A stretch of 64,000 nt of DNA from an uncultured Nitrospinota bacterium (GTDB taxonomy: Bacteria > Tectomicrobia > Entotheonellia > J063 > CAVPRW01). The notes under the pieces were generated by a model. That model ran no database searches, was not told where the DNA came from, and saw only the letters and a program-made list of their open reading frames with translations. Shown here piece by piece: positions 1 through 8,524 of the stretch. The stretch spans positions 32,001-96,000 of the forward strand of contig CAVPRW010000041.1 in NCBI GenBank assembly GCA_963707985.1. The letters run 5' to 3'. Positions within the stretch are counted from its first letter, which is position 1. Each line of letters starts with the position of its first letter. The translations under genes were made by a program, and so were the position numbers.

Positions 1-130
1 GCGGCCCGCCTGTATCACTTTAACTAGGGGAGCCAAGATCGACGCGCCCTACCAACACCCTCACTCGTTCGGGCGGCGTCCTCTCTGTGATTGCAAAGCT
101 AAAGCTCATCGGCTTGGGGTAAATCGACAG

Positions 131-640
131 ATGCTGTTCATCCGTGGGGAGCGCCCAGAGGATATCCCGGCGATACACGAGGTGCATGAGCTGGCGTTTG
201 GTCGTCCTGCTGAGGCTGACCTCGTAGACGCCTTACGTGCCAGGAGGAAGGCAACGCTGTCGCTTGTCGCTGTTGAGGATGAGCGCATCGTTGGCCATAT
301 TCTCTTCAGCCCTGTCACGATCGAATTCGCTGACCGAACATTCCCTGCGGTAGGATTGGCACCGATGGCTGTTCTCCCTGAGTGGCAGAGGCAAGGGATC
401 GGCTCACAGTTAGTCAAGATTGGCCTGGTCGAGTGCCGAAACGCAGGGTATGACTGCGTGGTGGTCCTGGGGCACCCGACCTACTACCCACGCTTTGGAT
501 TCGTCCCAGCAAGCCGGTATGGCCTCAAGAGCGAGTATGAGGTTCCAGATGAGGTATTTATGGTATTGGCATGGCATGAAGGGGTATTGAAGGATCGGGG
601 CGGAGTCGTGAGGTATCAACCCGAGTTCGGCGGCGTATGA
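131..640 (+). CDS. GNAT family N-acetyltransferase (YhbS-like)
   Basis: LAPMAVLPEWQRQGIGSQLV acetyl-CoA motif; VLGHPTYYPRFGF typical of YhbS-type GNATs. Confidence 0.9.
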   Translation: MLFIRGERPEDIPAIHEVHELAFGRPAEADLVDALRARRKATLSLVAVEDERIVGHILFSPVTIEFADRTFPAVGLAPMAVLPEWQRQGIGSQLVKIGLVECRNAGYDCVVVLGHPTYYPRFGFVPASRYGLKSEYEVPDEVFMVLAWHEGVLKDRGGVVRYQPEFGGV

Positions 641-676
641 ACGGGTGAGCTCCGTTCTTCATGGGACTACGATCTG

Positions 677-913
677 ATGCCAACTGTGTTGCGAATCGGC
701 CCCTACAGATTCTACTTCTATGCAGGTAATCGGCACAAGCCACCTCATATTCATGTCAAACGTGCGAATAATACAGCTAAATCCTGGCTCGATCCCGTCA
801 GACTTTAGCATAGTCGGGGGTTCAGGAGAAATGATATCAACCGCATCCAAAGGCTCATCGTGGAACACAGAAACCATCTGGTGAGGATCTGGGATGAATG
901 CTTCAACAACTGA
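677..913 (+). pseudogene. DUF4160 family toxin-like protein with internal stop
   Basis: Hand translation from ATG 677: MPTVLRIGPYRFYFYAGNRHKPPHIHVKRANNTAKSWLDPVRL*HSRGFRRNDINRIQRLIVEHRNHLVRIWDECFNN*; in-frame TAG at 806-808; PPHIHV motif; absent from ORF track. Confidence 0.8.
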
Positions 914-1209
914 CGTACCGTTTGCCAGGGCACAACAGGTGTCTGGGACCGAGGATACCTTCACCGTTGACCTAGTTGACGGGCGCACTATTTCCGTACC
1001 CTTTGGATGGTATCCACGGCTGTTACACGCCACGCTAGAGGAGCGCTGCCACTGGCGTTTGATTGGAGGGGGAAAGGGTATACATTGGCCCGACCTCGAT
1101 GAAGATATCAGTGTGGAGAATTTACGTCGCCGGTAACCCTTCCGGCGGGGGGCAGCGCTCGTTGCAGCGATGGTTAGAAGAACGTACATCGGGCCGCAAG
1201 CCATCGTAA
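894..1209 (+). pseudogene. DUF2442 family antitoxin-like protein, frameshifted near C-terminus
   Basis: DGRTISVPFGWYPRL...GIHWPDLDEDISVENL; family-like tail VAGNPSGGGQRSLQRWLEER continues in another frame after an extra base near 1125, stop 1207-1209. Confidence 0.75.
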
Positions 1210-1440
1210 AGAGTTAACGGGAGCGGAGGGTGTGGCAACTCGGCGCTGAAACAGGTCAAATATTGCACTTAAGCCCTCGTGGCAGATGTCCACCGTGGGC
1301 GGGCTTTTATATGTCAGCTTTTCACCAGTCGTAGTTCGCCGGTGGGACGAGACAAACCGCATGATGATGCATAGCCAGTTATACGCAGCTCCACATCTGC
1401 AGGGGGTTAGATGTTGACACTCCCGGAGGACGGCTGCCAC

Positions 1441-1962
1441 ATGTATACCATTCAGCGACTGGAGACAGACTCTGCCGCCAGATGGGTGCCGCAGTTGGTT
1501 GAACTCTTGCGTGACGCGGTCGACGCCGGGGCGTCAGTTGGGTTTCTAGCGCCGCTCTCCGATTCTGACGGCCGCCAATACTGGACCGAGGTCTTCTCCG
1601 AGGTTGGCCGGCAAAGCCGCATCGTGCTGGCCGCGGTGCAGCACGACCAGATCGTCGGCAGTGTGCAATTGGCGCTTGGCACGATGCCCAATGCCCTGCA
1701 CCGCGCGGAGGTGCAAAAGCTAATCGTCCTGCGATCGCATCGTCGACACGGGATTGGTCAGGCACTCATGACAGCCGTGGAGGAGGCAGCGCGTCAGGAG
1801 GGGCGTCATGTGGTGGTCTTGGACACTCGGTTGGGAGACGATGCAGAGCGCTTATATACTCACATGGGCTACCTGCGAGTCGGGGTTATTCCCCAATTCG
1901 CGCGCAGCTCGACGGGAACATTGGATGCCACTGTCATCTTCTATCGCGATCTCTCGGCATGA
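1441..1962 (+). CDS. GNAT family N-acetyltransferase
   Basis: HRAEVQKLIVLRSHRRHGIGQALM, LDTRLGDDAERLY; GGAGG upstream of ATG 1441. Confidence 0.9.
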   Translation: MYTIQRLETDSAARWVPQLVELLRDAVDAGASVGFLAPLSDSDGRQYWTEVFSEVGRQSRIVLAAVQHDQIVGSVQLALGTMPNALHRAEVQKLIVLRSHRRHGIGQALMTAVEEAARQEGRHVVVLDTRLGDDAERLYTHMGYLRVGVIPQFARSSTGTLDATVIFYRDLSA

Positions 1963-2098
1963 CCCTGAAGCCGTTTGATAAGCGATACCCAAAGGGCCTC
2001 CGAATGCTTGCTTGATCTCTTCAAGCGTCCATGGCCAAGGAACTCATCTCGTATTCCGAAATGTGTCGGCGCGAGGGGACGACCGATTTAACCTTCGA

Positions 2099-3163
2099 TT
2101 ACAACTTATGGCCGGTCCATAGCACCCCTTGGTCGCCGGGACATCCGCCACCGCATTCTGCAAGGTGTAATACCCTTTCGCCGATGATTTTCCCAACCAA
2201 CGGAGGCACTGAATTCCCAACATGTCTGGCAATGGTGCCGCTGGTTCCTTCAAAAATATAGCCATCATTAAATGACTGAAGCGCGGCCGCTTCCCTCAAA
2301 GAAATAGCACGAAGCTGATTCGGATGCCCAAATCGTCCGGCAGATAAGACATGACATCGGGTTGTGAGTGTAGGGGCGGGCAAATCCCAGGCCATCCGTC
2401 CGTAAACGTCATAATACGACCGGCTGCTGCGTCTTGATGGGAGCTGAAGATGCTCAGGCCAACTTCGGGAATCGCCCCCATCATATGGAGTATATCGCAA
2501 GCGCTCCAAATTTACGGCTTCAAGTCTCATGACCTTATGATTAGCAACTGCAGGATGCTCCTCACCTGCTTCAAGGGCAGGATACGCGGCGATCGCCTGT
2601 CTAACGGTAGCAACTTTTGCGCTTTTGGCGGGCAATGTCATTGTCTGGCGGTGGGCTGCCAACAGCAGCAGCCGTCGTCGCCTTTGTGGTAACCCATACG
2701 AGCACAAGTCCACTACCTGGCTATCAGGAAAATATCCGAGAGCTACCAATCGCGCGACAAAACTCTGGAAAACATGTCGCTTCAGCATCTGTGGAGCATT
2801 TTCTGCGAAGACGAACCGCGGTAGGAAATGCGCGATAAAATCGCCAAATACCGACAGGAGATCTTCCGACTCAAATCCGTTATTTCGGCGATGGTTCAAA
2901 TTGGAGAAGGGCTGACAAGGTGCACAGCCGACGAACATTAGGGCGGCGCTATCAAGATTGTGCCTCTCCAGTTTCTGTTGAAGAACCACTGGGCAAAACG
3001 TGTGCAAATCGGCTTCAATGAATGGGACTCTATTATTGTTCTCATAAGTTGCCTTTGCGCTAGGATCGATGTCTATGCCAAGGGCAACATCCACGCCGGC
3101 ATCAAGAAGTCCTCTCGTGAGCCCACCGGCGCCGCAAAAGAAGTCTACCGCGAGGACCTTCAT
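2099..3163 (-). CDS. DNA (cytosine-5)-methyltransferase
   Basis: Motif I DFFCGAGG, motif IV GCAPCQPFS, motif VI ENAP, motif VIII PQRRRR, motifs IX/X REAAALQSF...GNSVPP. Confidence 0.95.
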   Translation of the reverse strand: MKVLAVDFFCGAGGLTRGLLDAGVDVALGIDIDPSAKATYENNNRVPFIEADLHTFCPVVLQQKLERHNLDSAALMFVGCAPCQPFSNLNHRRNNGFESEDLLSVFGDFIAHFLPRFVFAENAPQMLKRHVFQSFVARLVALGYFPDSQVVDLCSYGLPQRRRRLLLLAAHRQTMTLPAKSAKVATVRQAIAAYPALEAGEEHPAVANHKVMRLEAVNLERLRYTPYDGGDSRSWPEHLQLPSRRSSRSYYDVYGRMAWDLPAPTLTTRCHVLSAGRFGHPNQLRAISLREAAALQSFNDGYIFEGTSGTIARHVGNSVPPLVGKIIGERVLHLAECGGGCPGDQGVLWTGHKL

Positions 3164-4956
3164 TCGAGCCCCTCTAAAATGCTTCGAAAGGAGTGAACAA
3201 CATCATCAACGAAGTCGCGAGACGATTGTAGCCAAAGCCCTAGCGCGAAAGTGAAGGCCCTTGCCATCCATTCGCTCTGCTGCTGCAACTCGAACAATCG
3301 ATTTTTGGCTATCCCGGATTTGCCGTTCTGCGGAAGGGGTTCCTCAAAAGTACTGTAGAAGCGTGCCCATTGATCCGGGGGCAAAATTCCCCGTAGCTTG
3401 TCCTGGATTGACAGGTTGGGTTCAAGCACTATATTCTGGTGTAACCATTCGAAGATAACAACCTCCGGGGCGCCAACTCCCGGTAGGAAAACGTGAAATC
3501 GGTCGAGATGATCCACGTATCTCACAATGAAGTGGGCGTCGAGTCGATACCTATTCTGCGCCTTTGTAAAGTTTTTGGCAGCGGCCCGCACAGAGACACG
3601 TTTGCAGCCAAGTATTGTGCCGAGTCTTCTGACAACCTTATCATAGGCCGTTCCACGCCTCAATTCCCGTTCCACACGAACAACGTTGCTAAACTCTTCT
3701 CGGGCTCGATCAAAAGCTATACCCCGACAATCGCCGTCAAGAACCAGGACAGGAACGAGCGTCGCATGGTCTCCTTGGTAACGGGAGAAGATTGCAGGAA
3801 ATTCATTGGACAAGATCTGCTGATAGCCAGCGCTCGAAGCGGCCTGTATCTCAATTTGATCACGGATGGTAACGTCCCATTCGACAATCTGTCCGAGGAT
3901 CTCGCGAGCGAACTCGTCTTCGACGATGGCTCTCAGCTTTGGATATTGACGATCGGTAATCTGCCTTAGAGCGAGTGAGCTATTGGTGTGGCGCGCGTGT
4001 ATTTTCCCCGATGGAGAGAAGCGTTCCAAAAGAATGATGGACTCTGGCGTTAGTACCTCGAGAAATACATTGGAGTGAGTCGTGAAGATGAACTGCAGGT
4101 CCCTCTCGATGGCCTGTTTGATAAAAAACTCTAGTAAGCGCTCTTGTGAGCTTTGATGGATGCCAGCCTCCGGCTCGTCTATCAGCACTAATGAATTCTC
4201 CGCCACGCTTGAGATAACGTCCACCATCCTGATGATGGCAATTTCACCAGAGCCCGCAGCAAGATCCGAATAACTTTCGTCGATGATGTAGCCCCAACAC
4301 TCGTCCGTCAGTTTTGAATAGATGTCACTCCGACGGCTAATGCTTTGATATGTTTTTCCAACAATGATCTCCACTGCCCGGACAACCTCTTTTGGCAGTG
4401 GTACAATCCGCTGCTCATTCGCACCGACGGTTTGTAACATCCTGGCAATGATGGGCTGGGATATTTCGAAATGCTCTGCGAGTAAGTGGGCGTTAGAGAT
4501 GATTTTCTCATATCCAAAGAAGAGGGTGGTTCGCTGCTTACGAGTCCGTCGCCTGCGGCGGTCCCATTCCCGTCTCCCAACACGGCCGACTTGCCGCTCG
4601 TGCCATCTCAGTGTCTGCTGCGTACCGTCTTCGTACTCAAATCCGTATTCGCTTCCCAGTTCAATCTTGTCCCTATATGACTCCGGGACGAAATGGTTGA
4701 AGGTGCGTCCAGATGTTCTGCCCGTTTCCCCAGGCGGTGCATACGCACTTCCCGCGAGGAACAGTACGCTCGACTTGCCTGTACCGTTTCTGCCCACAAT
4801 AGCCGTCAAGGGCGACCAAATTTCAATTGGAAGATCGCTATTGAAGTTCCGGAATGCTGGCCAAAGGATCTTGCAGAGAAAGTTTTCGGGGTACTGCCCA
4901 GATTGCAATCGCGCATTTCGCTTTCGCAATTGTTCGAGGAGATGACGATCGACCAT
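3160..4956 (-). CDS. ABC-type ATPase fused to TOPRIM-like domain (OLD-like ATP-dependent nuclease)
   Basis: Walker A GRNGTGKSS, signature-like AGSGE, Walker B/D-loop VLIDEPEAGIH, H-loop TTHS; C-terminal AIVED...VLDGD acidic motifs. Confidence 0.8.
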   Translation of the reverse strand: MVDRHLLEQLRKRNARLQSGQYPENFLCKILWPAFRNFNSDLPIEIWSPLTAIVGRNGTGKSSVLFLAGSAYAPPGETGRTSGRTFNHFVPESYRDKIELGSEYGFEYEDGTQQTLRWHERQVGRVGRREWDRRRRRTRKQRTTLFFGYEKIISNAHLLAEHFEISQPIIARMLQTVGANEQRIVPLPKEVVRAVEIIVGKTYQSISRRSDIYSKLTDECWGYIIDESYSDLAAGSGEIAIIRMVDVISSVAENSLVLIDEPEAGIHQSSQERLLEFFIKQAIERDLQFIFTTHSNVFLEVLTPESIILLERFSPSGKIHARHTNSSLALRQITDRQYPKLRAIVEDEFAREILGQIVEWDVTIRDQIEIQAASSAGYQQILSNEFPAIFSRYQGDHATLVPVLVLDGDCRGIAFDRAREEFSNVVRVERELRRGTAYDKVVRRLGTILGCKRVSVRAAAKNFTKAQNRYRLDAHFIVRYVDHLDRFHVFLPGVGAPEVVIFEWLHQNIVLEPNLSIQDKLRGILPPDQWARFYSTFEEPLPQNGKSGIAKNRLFELQQQSEWMARAFTFALGLWLQSSRDFVDDVVHSFRSILEGLE

Positions 4957-5365
4957 TGCACCGATCCATGAGACGGAGCGTTTCCAGAAGGTCCGCCACT
5001 GAGAGTCGCAGCTCGCAGGTCCAGATCACGTGCACCCGCCAGCCGATGCACTCAAGCGCTGCGCTCGTCTTGGCATCTCTTTCAACATTGCGGCCAATCT
5101 TCTCACGCCAGAATTCATAGTTAGACGTAGGGAGTTTGCCTCGTCGGCAAGAATGTCCATGCCAAAAACAACCATGGACGAAGACCGCATATTTGAAGCG
5201 GGAAAGAACGATGTCCGGCCGACCGGGAAGCTGGGTATTATGGAGGGTATAGCGGAAACCTGCCGCATGCAGAGTTCTTCGGACTTCGAATTCTTGTTTG
5301 GTACCTCTTGAGCGCACCGTGGACATGATTCGGCTACGCGTCGCCTGGTCAAATCTGTCGGCCAT
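4838..5365 (-). CDS. vsr: Very short patch repair endonuclease
   Basis: MADRFDQATRSRIMSTVRS, LPGRPDIV, FVHGCFWHGH, FWREKIGRNVERD, GWRVHVIW. Confidence 0.95.
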   Translation of the reverse strand: MADRFDQATRSRIMSTVRSRGTKQEFEVRRTLHAAGFRYTLHNTQLPGRPDIVLSRFKYAVFVHGCFWHGHSCRRGKLPTSNYEFWREKIGRNVERDAKTSAALECIGWRVHVIWTCELRLSVADLLETLRLMDRCNGRSSSPRTIAKAKCAIAIWAVPRKLSLQDPLASIPELQ

Positions 5366-5610
5366 CTAGATCTCGCTTATTCAACTCACGCACTTGCGAG
5401 CCAGCTGCCCACACCGACCGCACCGCTCGGCAACACACCCGAATTATCAGGCAGTCAATCGAAACGAAAAGCTATCCCGATGACATTGTTCCGTACGCAG
5501 ACGCCGTACATCGGTTGATGCCAAAAACATTCAACTCTTGTGCGCTCACCATTATCTTTCCAAAGGCGCCAACCGGTCGTGATCAAAGTCTAGAATATTT
5601 GCTATGCCTA

Positions 5611-6607
5611 TCACAGGCTGAATTCAGCCCTATGGTTGGCGAGGAGGCGCGCTGCCTCTTTCGCGAAGTAGGTCAGGATCATATCAGCGCCGGCCCGCCT
5701 GATGCTCAGCGAGCGATTCCAGCATCACGCGCTCGCCATCGATCCATCCCTGCAGGGCCGCCGCTTTGATCATGGCATATTCGCCACTGACGTTATACGC
5801 TGCCACTGGCAAGTCGAAGGTCTGCTTGACACGGTAGATGATATCCAGGTAGGGCAACGCCGGTTTCACCATGACGATATCGGCCCCTTCTTCGATGTCG
5901 AGGCGGACCTCACGCATGGCCTCCTGGCTGTTCGCCGGGTCCATCTGGTAGCTGCGGCGATCGCCGAATTGCGGTGCCGAGTCAGCGGCCTCCCGAAACG
6001 GACCATAGAAGCTTGAGGCATATTTGGCGGCATAGGCCATGATCGGGATGTGGCTGAACCCGGCGCCATCGAGCCCCTGGCGAATGGCCTGCACCCGTCC
6101 ATCCATCATGTCCGAAGGTGCCACCATGTCGGCCCCGGCCCGCACATAGGCGAGTGAGGCTTTCGCCAGCAATTCCACACTGGCATCGTTGAGCACATGC
6201 TCTCCCTCGACCATCCCGCAATGCCCATGGCTCGTGTATTCGCACAGGCAGACATCGGTGATGACGGTCATCTCCGGCACAGCTTTTTTCAAAGCGCTGA
6301 CCGCCCGCGGGATGATGCCATCCTCGGCATATCCCGATGAACCCAGCGCATCTTTGTGCTCCGGCAAGCCAAACAACATGATCGCGGGAATGCCAAGATC
6401 CTGCACCTCCTTTACCTCTTCTAGCAGGCGGTCGATCGACAGGTGAAAGTTGCCCGGCATGGACCGAATCTCGTGTCGCACCCCTGCCCCCGGCACGACA
6501 AACAGCGGATAGATGAAATGATCGACCGAGAGGTGGGTTTCGCGCACCATACGACGCAAATGCTCCTGCTCTCGGATACGGCGGGGACGATAGATCGGGT
6601 AGCGCAT
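5611..6607 (-). CDS. hemB: Porphobilinogen synthase (one +1 frameshift near 5710)
   Basis: [42 protein letters not shown]-terminus [20 protein letters not shown] in shifted frame, stop at 5611-5613. Confidence 0.93.
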
Positions 6608-6682
6608 GTTCAGATCCTCTTGACCGGGAGGAGTGGGGCATGAGGACTGACTTGTCGCCATGCCTTCCTCAAGCCTGAATTC

Positions 6683-7510
6683 TTATGACTGAGTCCTGTT
6701 ATCAAAATATTCCACAATGGCGCGAGCCAGTGCGGGAACGGTGTATTCCTCCGCAACGATCGTCGGTATCAAGCCATACGAGCGCGCCGTATCCGCTGTA
6801 ATTGGCCCTATACAGGCCACCACGGTATTTCGGAGCAATTGCGGGAGATCGCCTTCACCGAGGAGCGTCACGAAATTCGTCACCGTCGAGGAGCTGGTAA
6901 AGGTGACCGCGTCGATGGCGCCTTGCTCGAAGAGCCGACAAATGTCGGGTGCAAGGTCGACAGACGGCAGAACGGTGCGATAGGCTTCGACGACATCCAC
7001 CTGCGCGCCGCGCTCCGCCAACGCCCTCGGCAAGATATCACGGGCGACAGCGGCGCGTGGGATGAGCACGCGGGTGTCCTGCAGGGGAAACGCCGATAGA
7101 CTTTCCACCAACGCCTCGGCGCGGTACTCACTCGGCATCACGGCGACCTGGACACCACGCCCTCGCAGTTCGTCAGCCGTGGCTGGTCCGATGGCGCAGA
7201 TGCTGAGCCCGCGCAAATCCTCGGGCAGCCGGTTCTGGGCCTGGAAGCGTCCGAAAAACGCTTGCACGCCAGTGACACTGGTGAAAACGAGCCACTGGTA
7301 TGTGTGAAGGGCCATCAATGCGCGATCGAGCGGCTCCCAGGAGGTAGGGGGAACGATCTGAATCGTCGGCACTTCGACAGGCTCGGCGCCTTCCTCGCGC
7401 AGCAAGGCAGCAAATCGGCTGGCCCGCTCGCGTGGACGCGTGATGAGGATCTTCTTGCCGAGCAGAGGTTTTGCGGTTCGTGGCGGACGCTGATCAGCCG
7501 ACATCGTCAT
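6683..7510 (-). CDS. hemD: Uroporphyrinogen-III synthase
   Basis: ILITRP, VFTS, CAIGPATA, FTSSSTV, CIGPITA motifs; hem operon context. Confidence 0.93.
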   Translation of the reverse strand: MTMSADQRPPRTAKPLLGKKILITRPRERASRFAALLREEGAEPVEVPTIQIVPPTSWEPLDRALMALHTYQWLVFTSVTGVQAFFGRFQAQNRLPEDLRGLSICAIGPATADELRGRGVQVAVMPSEYRAEALVESLSAFPLQDTRVLIPRAAVARDILPRALAERGAQVDVVEAYRTVLPSVDLAPDICRLFEQGAIDAVTFTSSSTVTNFVTLLGEGDLPQLLRNTVVACIGPITADTARSYGLIPTIVAEEYTVPALARAIVEYFDNRTQS

Positions 7511-8463
7511 CGCGATTTCCCCACTCCAGAACTGCGTGTCGATCCATAAATATCACGGAGGATTGCCTCGCCCCCGCGCTGCAACAATTCTTCGGCTAAC
7601 ACCGCCCCGATCTGCTCAGGTGCGTGTACCTGACCCCAGCGTTCTCCCTGCAGCAGGGTATGACCATCCATATCACTGATCATCCCACGCAGGCAGAGCT
7701 GGCTCTCATCAACGGTGGCCCAGGCAGCGATCGGCACCTGGCACCCTCCCTGAAGACGTGCCAAGAACGTCCGTTCAGCCGTCACCGCCGCCTGTGTAGC
7801 CGCGCCCGTCAGAGGTTGGAACAGGCTGTGAGCCTCCTCATCATCACTACGCATCTCGACTCCCAGGGCACCCTGCCCCACGGCTGGGAGGCTGATCTCC
7901 GGCGGAATGATGTCGCTGATACGCCCTTCCCAACCCATGCGCATCAATCCTGCAGCCGCCACCACAATACCATCCAGGTCATCGGTCTCCAGCTTGCGCA
8001 GACGCGTATCGACGTTTCCGCGCACGGGGACGATGGCCAGATCAGGCCGCCAGTGTAACAATTGCGCACGTCTCCGTAGACTGCTGGTGCCAATTACAGC
8101 GTTCTGGGGGAGCGTCGCCAAATGCAACCCATGGCGTGCAACGAGGGCATCTCGGGGGTCGCTGCGCGCCGCCAGCATGCCTACGCTCAGTCCGTTCGGC
8201 AGCTCGCTTGGTAAGTCTTTGACGCTGTGCACCGCCCAGTCGATGCGACTATCTAACAAAGCTTCCTCGATTTCCTTGACGAAGAGTCCCTTGTCACCGA
8301 TTTTGGCCAGCGGGACGTCCTGAATTCGGTCACCGGTGGTCCTGATGTGCATGACGTCAACGTTCAAGCCGGGCCAGGCAGCCTGTAGCGCATTGACCAC
8401 GATCTGTGTCTGCTGTACGGCCAGGGCGCTACCACGCGTGCCGATGCGAAGCGATCTAGACAT
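7507..8463 (-). CDS. hemC: Hydroxymethylbilane synthase
   Basis: RIGTRGSALA, KGLFVKEIE, HSVKDLP, GTSSLRR, RGNVDTRL, GGCQVP; probable start ATG 8463. Confidence 0.96.
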   Translation of the reverse strand: MSRSLRIGTRGSALAVQQTQIVVNALQAAWPGLNVDVMHIRTTGDRIQDVPLAKIGDKGLFVKEIEEALLDSRIDWAVHSVKDLPSELPNGLSVGMLAARSDPRDALVARHGLHLATLPQNAVIGTSSLRRRAQLLHWRPDLAIVPVRGNVDTRLRKLETDDLDGIVVAAAGLMRMGWEGRISDIIPPEISLPAVGQGALGVEMRSDDEEAHSLFQPLTGAATQAAVTAERTFLARLQGGCQVPIAAWATVDESQLCLRGMISDMDGHTLLQGERWGQVHAPEQIGAVLAEELLQRGGEAILRDIYGSTRSSGVGKSR

Positions 8464-8524
8464 GGGTTTTCCACTCTTCGGCAGAGGGATTCGATAGGTG
8501 TATCCTGGGGCTGCCGTGCCTCCA

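Noticed and set aside
659..1204. 181-aa minus-strand ORF
   Set aside because: Antisense shadow of the DUF4160/DUF2442 pair with no recognisable motifs
1..2098. Integron cassette array (small co-oriented GNAT/TA genes; GTTAGAT near 1406)
   Set aside because: No correctly spaced RYYYAAC...GTTRRRY attC pairs, spacers are not similar to each other, and no integrase is in the window
3160..5610. Retron or Gabija assignment for the ATPase-TOPRIM gene
   Set aside because: No reverse transcriptase, msr-msd-like inverted repeats or UvrD helicase nearby
6683..7510. Stand-alone HemD resembling the C-terminal half of CobA-HemD fusions
   Set aside because: Stand-alone HemD is common and no cobA remnant is visible
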